Shown here: piece after piece, positions 29,601 to 37,300 of the stretch
Layout: the number at the start of each line of letters is the position of its first letter
Position numbering within the stretch: position 1 is the first letter of the stretch
From: a virus
Lineage: Duplodnaviria; Caudoviricetes
Strand: one strand, 5' to 3'
DNA: 60,558 nucleotides
IMG/VR virus record: IMGVR_UViG_3300035395_000108
Span: 1 to 60,558 of that record
Position numbers and translations under genes: made by a program
The notes under the pieces: model-generated
Seen by the model: only the letters and a program-made list of their open reading frames with translations
Told to the model about the DNA's origin: nothing
Database searches by the model: none

Positions 29601-31083
29601 AGAACAGGTGGAGTTTTCAGTTTCACGTTCGGCCACCAATGCTGGCTTAAAGTCATTTGAAAGAGTAGCTACTTTGTTAGAGGAAGGTGATGTTATTGCT
29701 GCAAGGAAAATTATCCAAACAACTTTCCGTGGGTATACTCAAACAGATGTAAACAGTATTGTTGGTATGATTAGAAAAGGTATTGAGAAAGGCGATGTTA
29801 ATGAGGTTGCTTTCCAGTACTTTAAAAACTACCATAGTTTGGCTGTCGGACAATTCGGTGGGCAATCTGCTTCACTTCAAGCAAAAAATCTAGCGTCTAT
29901 GATACCAGGAATGTCAACATTCTATAGTTCAGCTATGATGGCTCCAGCTATGGTAATAGATGCTCTTGCGATGACTGGAGGTAAAGTATTAAACGCCAAA
30001 GGGGTTCCGTATGACCTGAAACAAGTGCATGGGGCTCTTTCAATTATTGGAGCGATGGTAGGGTTCGGAGTTGCCGAGCATGTCTATAACTATGGTACAG
30101 AAGACATGCCTCTTATTGGTGATGTAGTAAAGTTTAAAGGAATGGTTGCTGCAAACCCAGCTCTTGCATTACTTGATGGCTCCACTGCTGGAACGCAAAC
30201 AGCAATGGACTTCGGTTTGCTAGCTAGAAGAAATGAAATGAATAAAAATATTAGTAGTTCCAGGTTAGCCAGAAGGACAGCTGAGCAAGCTGCCGCAATC
30301 ATATTTACAGGAACAACACAACCTGACTCAGTTACCAGAGCTGTTACCCCTTTCGGACTTGCGGATGAAGTAGGTGTTTATGATAAGTTTACCGGTTTAT
30401 TGTCAGCTGGAGCAGCACAAGCTATAGCCGGAGCTACGGGTGGGGAAGCTATAAATTATGATGTTTGGAACTTTTGGTTGAAGATTAGCAAAGGCGATGA
30501 ATGGTCAAAATTAACTCAGTTGCCACCAGAGCATGAAGATAGAATTAAGGGAACCCAAAAGATGGCCGAAGAATACAGAGCAAGATATGGAACAGGGTTT
30601 GCGGATGCTTTAGCCAAGGGAACTATATCAATGTTAGCTGACCACAGTATTGGTAATATATTTAGGGAGACTTTCAAAGACCCGGTTTACACTTACCACA
30701 TGATTACCCATTTCAATAGTGAAGAAGTGAAATCAAGAATGTGGAGTGACCCGAAGTACAAAGACTTAAAGGGAGCTATCATGAAAACTGGTTCTTTCCC
30801 AATGGGTACTCTATTGGGAGCAACCGGATTGGATAGTTTATTTAATGTAGATTACAACACTATGGAAGGAACCGAAGCTTACAAATACCAAGTTGCAAGT
30901 TTTATGGAAATGTTAGCTGCCTATGGGGTTGCTTACAGCGAGCAAGATATGACTTTTATTATGCAGAGAGCTGAGGAAACTTACAAACAGTTTAACGGCC
31001 CATTCAAACCAATGAATATAGAAAACTGGCGAACTCCAACAAATGACACTAAGTGGAATGCGGCCGTAGGTTTTAGGAAATAA
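23668..31083 (+). CDS. Very large (2471 aa) internal virion/ejection protein
   Basis: Size and position; Ala/Gly-rich hydrophobic segments; three N-terminal GRIKWG(A/S)GL repeats. Confidence 0.65.
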   Translation: MGRIKWGAGLETEETKEKPKQSGGRIKWGSGLDGQGVDYKTSPTPSGRIKWGAGLNDSSESSYDKIMQGDFELPKQTATSLPDQNIVTSVLSAPATESVDTKIDVKPIAPLIAPGKSKKELASLELNKPKKGIVESVVDWGKGRVEDVKTAYEEGKEEDFLSGRKGSVGSGVAKAYLESTFGAAKDVLGGAGNFVKERYAENIAPMYNVLNDEITGGLGRGDRVSPILMEQFKKDPSKIFNKDYFKELPAYNALWWAGHALPEMVKGKNPGEVLAEKQKMDEEYKKGLRDTWGEVSEDSQLKFKQVYELMDENGNISVDDLDTIDLPKFLKAQLLIDSKSAQLGIPKRVLEDHYGLAGFSDNAIVQDFGKLVSVNQKIIKDKFDVDLEPNDVFTIMRDPDLRKIYELPNQEFEGGSAGILRYVAAVADQALMNIPTKPARMISANKIKEKYASLDSPEINKAWSANEDMIELYLEKAKKSGKSQTIKVNSSGNMGFFTGKMVIDPNSNIADVKASFNEAYLTSVLGNLENLGKRSDTQVAGMAVSMIPGATTTAAKGITAGMARAGMNVDALSKVNLFGKISSKYPFMANVLKPTYGATKTNTQMALQVGSNVGKTAVKNVGNLAGNAVKLGAQVAAGSESGFEDQAFIYSVMFGGALGALGATGGVLSEGVRSVQQSKVGNTLAQQGVAFRVAKLSDSEVSTVFSRIGNDVATDYKGLEKIISFEDFKAIHAGTRSQISAEANLIKMFGEEALADPNLSKEQGVGIQHVMDVLAGRVGEDNQVALKNILSTHFSSVNGMDPIQYRNMYVFMESAKEVFDSHVVMNIMNKVDPQVFKNTDEFMGLLKANKIGEGMNTGDLLSIPITNRIGTELTDEEIFKQIFIDVARTPTTRFAEGITGKTATLYSDTKTAEYLENLNRKRNVLDTSPNIASRAAEEFEESLLGLENHWKSRGKSLSDTMDDSWKEIGTELTRLRTDMLANPKNYVPKEPLTSLDDVVENIAYTIRILDLDDVNKFKATLKENPHLVYKVTSDLLSTSQEFIGKNKKVREAFESINLASKEIDTLRDIERMKIVDGVQTYYNNKMVTPIANTLTDDLVDPNIVSRNTMEDPKSAINRATGADPTITRSGELLRDAHKIPDVAKRAEYIANNLTANKTSIEMDEVVAQSLGKRMANLEEVDFAALKKDAIAGTVKVKNIGIFDALETSYGRPLRAAKEIENIITANPNNYTAVEKLQQVDLLIGKVTEDAMVRKFITDNDRFTNLVTQASTELANLPIGNKELHELTLSLVNNPKYGEIHMFGSGFSEKNLQNILDSGRQITKESVDIIAKSYKEVTGENLKVLPFLATFINKSTHNLDTLSLYGMTMEKLSKQANIKDKITGGYVRWMGSGDMISKIVGRESGVSIFNAIVARYNGNIQGYNASIAFTKNLHNTFQEIPLVKKYLSSRQMGDVWSRLSGSKGILDSTEGVQMVMKLNSNSTSQEHMLIQNTKNVVGDFVATFAEDGSMALTSVGRIFKDVFIDNVNIGNVLKYSDTNNAKLTETIKAAFLREVKNQHGVVTTRMKELVADPTIPDALKGLTHKQKVEYSLLTKQKALLEVNHLPFVDKATNTIRGALPENHAGNYFSNYFRVRDANPEHYKSAFMAFETAGKMQSQVWRESSDIILENNKLFKDVLGVEIQPFKHREDYYIGSVRNKTSGVLDQRDGLMNANSMNAVKTESVSGRWKSSKSASAMSQIEKANSIDPNNSLHPLQALQRYAYQRFTDASTIHSTSALNNQARTLTEMGFNNIGNVVKEWAATAGAPPALLSTAKVAIKDYLYRTSWGRTLILATTPVGAIAAPAAKLTTGPARMIKNNLQGHTMLLSRTGSAQTLYNLPNMLKNGLFDTFITQPFDPKLQEKVFRYNANTYTINGDLKGLAEKAAKGVQQEFALARNQSITYMAGTAGNQGRGSLESMALGAEGVADFLKTQVAMRMKEQVEFSVSRSATNAGLKSFERVATLLEEGDVIAARKIIQTTFRGYTQTDVNSIVGMIRKGIEKGDVNEVAFQYFKNYHSLAVGQFGGQSASLQAKNLASMIPGMSTFYSSAMMAPAMVIDALAMTGGKVLNAKGVPYDLKQVHGALSIIGAMVGFGVAEHVYNYGTEDMPLIGDVVKFKGMVAANPALALLDGSTAGTQTAMDFGLLARRNEMNKNISSSRLARRTAEQAAAIIFTGTTQPDSVTRAVTPFGLADEVGVYDKFTGLLSAGAAQAIAGATGGEAINYDVWNFWLKISKGDEWSKLTQLPPEHEDRIKGTQKMAEEYRARYGTGFADALAKGTISMLADHSIGNIFRETFKDPVYTYHMITHFNSEEVKSRMWSDPKYKDLKGAIMKTGSFPMGTLLGATGLDSLFNVDYNTMEGTEAYKYQVASFMEMLAAYGVAYSEQDMTFIMQRAEETYKQFNGPFKPMNIENWRTPTNDTKWNAAVGFRK

Positions 31084-31138
31084 CACCGTATCCATGCTAT
31101 TATTTTATTAACATGGATATTATTAAGGAGTATCACAA

Positions 31139-32476
31139 ATGGACCCATTAAAGAAGAAGAAAAAGAAGTTAGACTTAAACTTAGGGCTGGAATCAGGTGG
31201 CACACAACTACCACCGCCACCACAACCACTCATTCAGCAATCTTACACGCAACCATTGCCAGGTGTGCAACCAATATTGTATAACCCAAACCAACGGTTA
31301 GATATGTCACAATATGCTCCCGACTACTCCTCTGTTAACCAATTGTCACCAACTCCAAGTTATGGCAATCCTAACGGCGGGGGTAACTTTGGTGGTAACT
31401 ATGGTGGCGGAGGTGTAACCCCTTACCCAGCAAATACAGGTTCTATAACAAGTGGCGGAGGGTTTAAGTTTGATGCTTATGGAAACTTTGTTCCTGAAGG
31501 CCAAGCACAAACGCAACCTAACGTTGCTCCGGAAACCCCTCAAGAAGAGCCACCAAAAGAAACTCCACTTGAAGACCCTAGACCATATGACTTTGGAAGT
31601 GGTAAAACAAATCAACTTCAAGATGTTTCTAGTAACTCTGATAGTGGAAAGAGTGGGAGTGATTGGTGGAAGTATGCTCTAGGGGGTGCTGCCTTAGTTG
31701 GTGGAGGTTTGTTGGCAAAGAAGGGGGTAGGTAAGTTCGCTAAAGGTTGGGGGGATGATGCGTCTAAAGCAGCATCGAATGTCGCTGACCCATTAGCCAC
31801 CAAAACTGTGGATAAAGGTGTTCCTTTATTAGAAGGGTCAGGAGATATTTTTATGGGGCCATGGGCAACTAAAACTGACCCATTAGCCACCAAAACTAAG
31901 CAATTGGCTCTAAACCCGGGTCAAAATGCGAATGTTCCTTTATTAGAAAGGTCAGGAGATATTTTTGCCGAAGGCTCTACTAATCCAATCTATATGAGAC
32001 CTCAGCCAAAAATAGTTGACCCTTATAACAAAACTAATGCAACAGCATCAAATGTCGCCGACCCATTAGCTGCCAAAGGTACAGGAAACTATTATACTGG
32101 AATAGGTGATATTGGTAAACCACCGGTGGCGATAGGTGATGCAACTCAAAGCTTCAATGCTGGAGGGAATATTGACAAAAACTTTGTAGCTCCGACTGAA
32201 CCATACAAGGGTGTTACCACTGGTAGCAATATCAACCTAAACCCTAAATCAGCAGAAAAGAATTTTACCTATGGCGGAGGTAACGAAACTGTTAAGGATG
32301 CTTTAGCTAAACCTAAAATCGGTGGTGACGCAATTTCTGATGCAAAGGCTACCATTGCTAACGGTAAATTCACTAGTATAGTTGAGGCAAGAGGAGCATT
32401 AGGTAAAGTTCCTGCTGGATACAAACTAGTTAAAAAAGATGGGAAAGTAGATTTAGTTAAATTAGGTGCTAAGTAA
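31139..32476 (+). CDS. Gly/Pro-rich virion or ejection protein with internal repeats
   Basis: AAGGAG RBS; hydrophobic WWKYALGGAALVGGGLLA; repeated DPLATKT and VPLLE.SGDIF. Confidence 0.6.
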   Translation: MDPLKKKKKKLDLNLGLESGGTQLPPPPQPLIQQSYTQPLPGVQPILYNPNQRLDMSQYAPDYSSVNQLSPTPSYGNPNGGGNFGGNYGGGGVTPYPANTGSITSGGGFKFDAYGNFVPEGQAQTQPNVAPETPQEEPPKETPLEDPRPYDFGSGKTNQLQDVSSNSDSGKSGSDWWKYALGGAALVGGGLLAKKGVGKFAKGWGDDASKAASNVADPLATKTVDKGVPLLEGSGDIFMGPWATKTDPLATKTKQLALNPGQNANVPLLERSGDIFAEGSTNPIYMRPQPKIVDPYNKTNATASNVADPLAAKGTGNYYTGIGDIGKPPVAIGDATQSFNAGGNIDKNFVAPTEPYKGVTTGSNINLNPKSAEKNFTYGGGNETVKDALAKPKIGGDAISDAKATIANGKFTSIVEARGALGKVPAGYKLVKKDGKVDLVKLGAK

Positions 32477-32485
32477 GAGGTGGAT

Positions 32486-32668
32486 ATGTTGGATTACGAA
32501 GGTGACAGAGACAGATGGTTACTTTGCCTAAAGTTAGCTGAAACATTTTGGTTACCAGATGAGGCCAAAAAGTTTGCAGGGGTTATTTTCTTAAGAAGTG
32601 AACTACTCCCACTTTGGAATCCAGAAGAAATATTTAAGGAATTAACAAATAGTCTGGATAGTTTTTAA
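32486..32668 (+). CDS. Hypothetical small protein
   Basis: GAGGTG RBS before ATG 32486. Confidence 0.55.
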   Translation: MLDYEGDRDRWLLCLKLAETFWLPDEAKKFAGVIFLRSELLPLWNPEEIFKELTNSLDSF

Positions 32669-32726
32669 AGCAACCCCTTCTTGTGGTAATATTAAGTTAA
32701 CCAAACGTTTACAAGGAGTAGGTTAA

Positions 32727-34301
32727 ATGAGAAGTACCACCAGAAGTATGATACAAAAAGTTAGGCAAAATCTTTTTGAGTTCCAGAAAACAGTGATTAG
32801 TGATGACTTAGTTCTAACTAAACTTAATGAAGCTTACCATGAAGTTTACAATATTCTTATCAAACAGTACCCGGATGTTATAGCTAAAACAATCACACTT
32901 CCGGTTACTTTTAACAATGATAAAATTATGTTGCCCCGTGAGTTAAAGTCTAGCCGAGTGCTATCAGTTTACAGTGAGTCCTTTAATAGAAGAATCCAAT
33001 TACAACAAATTGAATACTCAGAATATGTGAGGATGGCTGCTAACAAGATATATCCAACATCTTTAGAGTTCCCAATGTGTTATGCGTTGAATAGAGGGGA
33101 ACTTTACTTATACCCAAAGGTTTCTAATAATACTTTAACTATAATGTATGTTCCAGAATTAATAGAACTTGGGCACTTGATTGGTAACATTGATAGGGTG
33201 AACTCAAATAACTTACCACTGTATGCAACAAGTGAATACATTGACTCATTGGCGGATGAACAAAATGTTATCACTGTTTCTGATAGCGAAACTGGTTTCA
33301 TCAAGGCTACCTTTGAAGCTACCGCTATAAGTCAAGGCGTACAACTAAATGTTGCTAGAAAACAGAGGTACAAAGGATTAGATATTACATCTGTGGAAAC
33401 TAGTTACTTTGAGAAAGCTTACATATCCGGAACTGATTTGGTAGTTATCGGTTCTAGCAACCTTTCATCTGGAGATGTTGTTTACATAGACAGTCCGTTA
33501 ACTCCTTACACAGAATATTACACTAGTTATGGAATGTCTTTGTTATCAACTATCCCTGACTTAACTTATACTAACTTAAACTTTTCTGGGCTATATACTG
33601 TTAGCAATATTGTTGGAACTGGAATCACGCTAACCCCAGCAACGCCAATAGAATACAATATGCCTATAAAGAATGGGTATAATACTACATTCTCAGGTGT
33701 ACTGAATACTGCGGTTATAGATTTCACAGTACTAGAGGTAGGTGTAGATTATACAATTATATCTGCCCCAGACCATGGATTAGGCGAGTTAAATGATGTC
33801 ACTTGGATTTCAGTTTTAACTGGTCCAGCGTATATTAAAGCAACCGTGTTATCTAGTCAAGCATTAGAGATTTCCTATGAAGTTGTTGCAGAAACTCAAA
33901 TACAAGCAAAAGTGGTTGAGGTAAACCCAGACTACCTTTATAGTTTTCCAAGATTATTCACAGCGGGAGTTGAGAGAACAAACGCTAACGTTTTACAGGG
34001 TGTAAAGAACTCCCTAATACAATATGAGAACACTCAAGAGATATATGAAAACGATTTAGTGAGTTTAGGTTCGACAGGTGGGACACACATTTTAGACAGT
34101 CACTTTGAAAAGTACCTTGTTTACTATGCAACCGCATTAATAAAAGATAGCATTCAAGAAGATGCTGCATTACTAATGAGAATGTTAGATGGGATTTTAA
34201 GAGATGTTCACGCTGATATTGGTACTCGTAAGTTAAACAGAAGAATGATAAGAGAAACACCAATAGTAAACAACGCTATTAGCTGGAGGACTAGAAAATG
34301 A
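32727..34301 (+). CDS. Podoviral head-tail adaptor (tail tubular A-like) with a large insertion
   Basis: N-terminal MIQKVR..L...SDD.VL..LNEAY and C-terminal FEKYLVYYA helices typical of adaptors; precedes the nozzle. Confidence 0.65.
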   Translation: MRSTTRSMIQKVRQNLFEFQKTVISDDLVLTKLNEAYHEVYNILIKQYPDVIAKTITLPVTFNNDKIMLPRELKSSRVLSVYSESFNRRIQLQQIEYSEYVRMAANKIYPTSLEFPMCYALNRGELYLYPKVSNNTLTIMYVPELIELGHLIGNIDRVNSNNLPLYATSEYIDSLADEQNVITVSDSETGFIKATFEATAISQGVQLNVARKQRYKGLDITSVETSYFEKAYISGTDLVVIGSSNLSSGDVVYIDSPLTPYTEYYTSYGMSLLSTIPDLTYTNLNFSGLYTVSNIVGTGITLTPATPIEYNMPIKNGYNTTFSGVLNTAVIDFTVLEVGVDYTIISAPDHGLGELNDVTWISVLTGPAYIKATVLSSQALEISYEVVAETQIQAKVVEVNPDYLYSFPRLFTAGVERTNANVLQGVKNSLIQYENTQEIYENDLVSLGSTGGTHILDSHFEKYLVYYATALIKDSIQEDAALLMRMLDGILRDVHADIGTRKLNRRMIRETPIVNNAISWRTRK

Positions 34302-37300
34302 GTGAAGATAGGTTTTATCAGCAAGGTTTAAATATTTATAATGGTTTAGATGGTGCTTCAGATGCTGCCTCTATAAATGATGGGTATCTAATGGAAGCGG
34401 AGAATGTTGACTTCTCATATGCTGGTGTTATCAGAAAAAGACTAGGGTATAATATTGTTGGCGGAGACTTTCCAATCAGAGCTAAACGCATATCTAATGG
34501 TAGTATTGAACTCGATAGTCAGCCAGTTATTACCGTTTCGGGTGTTTTACATCCGTTTGACACTAGCCTGCAATCAATTATAACCGAATATAGTTTAGGT
34601 ATAACAGATTTCAAGAGTACTTTTTCAGTACTAGAGATAACAACTGATGTCCAAATAAACTATATGGATTCTGATATACTATTTGGAATAAATGGTGTAA
34701 CTGAGGCAAGCTTAAAGAAATACAAACCGGTTTTCGCTTTAACGGATACTTTGATAGTTGTTTCCAATGAGTTAATATATGAAATGGGGTTAGACCCTTC
34801 TATTTCTGCACCATTTAGTGATTTAATAGTTTACAAAGGGTACACTTTACCAAAAGTTAACAGTAAGGTACTTTCAGTAGTACAAGATATTTCATATGCA
34901 ATAACTATTACTTTTGAAGATAATCATAATCTACTATCGGGTTCACAAGTTTACATTGATACTCTATTTAGGACTGGAACATTTACATGTGTTTCTGGAA
35001 CTATATCAGTTATAGATGATAAGATTATACAAGTATACTATGACACTTCTTATGAAGCGAGAACAGCTAACGGTGTTGAAAACTTTGAGTGGTTAAATAT
35101 CTATTACTCTTTCCCAACTACTGTAGATATCAGAAGGAGTAGTTCAAATAAAGGAGACTATCTGTTAGATTCGATAACAGGTATTAACCGAATATATGTT
35201 AACCTATCCTCTCAAGTTGGTTTGATGTGGGTTTGGGGTTTAGGTATTACTCCTCCAGTTACTGGGTTAACCAAGTTCAAAGATAATGAACTTATCGCAA
35301 CATGTCAAAACTGGGCTTTTGTTTGGAAAGATGTAAAAACACCTATCAAGCAAGCAACCCCTATAAGTATGCCAACAACTGAGACATTGAAAATTATGCG
35401 AGGACTTGGTTCACCAGTGCTTACAGAAGTTGCAAGAGGACGTTTGAGGGCTGGGGACTATATCTATTGGCAGAATTTAGATGACAGTATGGAAATAGCA
35501 GACCCTAGGATTTTTAAGGTTAACCGGATAAGAAGTAATGATATAGTTATCGAATCAGCTGACGGATATCTAACAATACCAGCTAAATCAAGAATACTTT
35601 TCAGAACAGTAAGGGATAGCATTTATGCTAGCGAATACTTACCAGTAGGAAGTATGATAACTGTAAACAACCAGACAGTTAAAGTGGTGGCCAACCGATT
35701 CACTTCAGCTGGAACACTATCTGTCTTATCAGAATCTATATCGTATAGTTCTACTGACACAATACTTTTAGCACAACAGTGGGAGCCTTTGAATATAAGT
35801 GGAGACGATTTGTTTCCATATACAGGGTTGAACCCGTCAGCATATATAACAGATTTGATAAAAGTTTCTACTGCTGAATACGCTGATAGAGTTTACTTAT
35901 CTTATGGTGAAGGTGGTATTTGGAGATATAACGGAAGGAATCTAACAAACATGCGTTGGGGTGCTCCCCCAATGCCTACAGTTAGGAGACTCATAAATGT
36001 TCCAGGAAGTATAACTGTTAAAGGTTCTACTAGTGAAGGCTTTATGGCTTCTGAGGTAAAGATAGCTGTCAATTATGGTTGGGAAGATTTTGATGGTAAA
36101 ATATTTGAGTCAACCTATATAAACTGGGAAGATTTAACTATCCGCCCTAATATAACTGATTCCAATGATGCTGAACAAATAGAGATATGTATCCCTACTT
36201 TCCCAGGTAATTTAGGTATACCAGCAGATAAAGTTAAGATAAGGGTGTATGCTTTGGAGGATTCAGCAGAGGATACATTCTTATCACTTGTTACCGAGGT
36301 AGATAACCTACCAAATCAAACATATGTTATCGCAACTATTGGCGATAGGTTCAATAAGTTTTTTACTAACGCAAGCGATTTAGCATTAACATCTGCTCTT
36401 AATGATTCACCAATGATGGCACCAAGATGTTCTGGAATTGTGGCCTCAGAAAATAGATTGATTGCCTATAATACTTTGAGTGAATCTTCAGTTGAATTTA
36501 GCTGTGATAAAGTTTTCAAAGATGATGATACCGCTCAAATAGAGACAACTGTTATAACTTATGAACCAATACTTGGGAATAAGTATGAATTTGTTGGGCA
36601 AACATCTGGCCTTGGTTGGGTTGGGGTAACCCCTAAACCTTTAGCCAGGGGGTTAAAACTTTATCAAGCACAGTATATAGATACTAGCGATATTATACAT
36701 TTAACCATGCCATTAGTTAGCGGAGGTTCTGTTTTATTAGCAACCCCTAAACTATCCAACGTTAGGCAGAGAGCATTAGTATCTACACTCGGCCCTATAA
36801 AGTCTAACATAGATTTTAACGAGACACTGTTCACATTGGGGAACAAAATAAACCCTACAGATATCTCCAATCCGGCAGCTCCGCCTGCAACAAATTATTT
36901 AGTATCTCCAGTAAAAAATAGGGATACTGATTTCCTGAGAGAGATTAATCCAGATGCAAAAGGAATGTTATTTTATGAGATACTGGATTCCACAGGTAAA
37001 TATGAAACAAAAGACCCTTGTATAATGATTTCTGGGGGCAAACTGTTTCTATGTATTGACCCTGATGAGTTCACAGATATAATGACAAACAATGTTACAT
37101 TTGGTGCTTTTAGAGTTTACTTTAAGAATGATGCTGACAGAACGTTAGGAAATTTGAGAGACAATAATACTGGTAAAGTTCTTGACTGGAATAGAGATGT
37201 TATCTTCGGTTTTACTTTGGGGGCTAATATCATATTTGATGATGGGGTTTTATCTGGTAAAGCTTACCATGGCTACCCTTTGGTATTGGTGAATATACAA

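Noticed and set aside
23668-31083. Virion RNA polymerase (N4- or crAss-like)
   Set aside because: No DxDGD/DFDID or T7-type polymerase motif was recognised; only a structural search could revive the idea.
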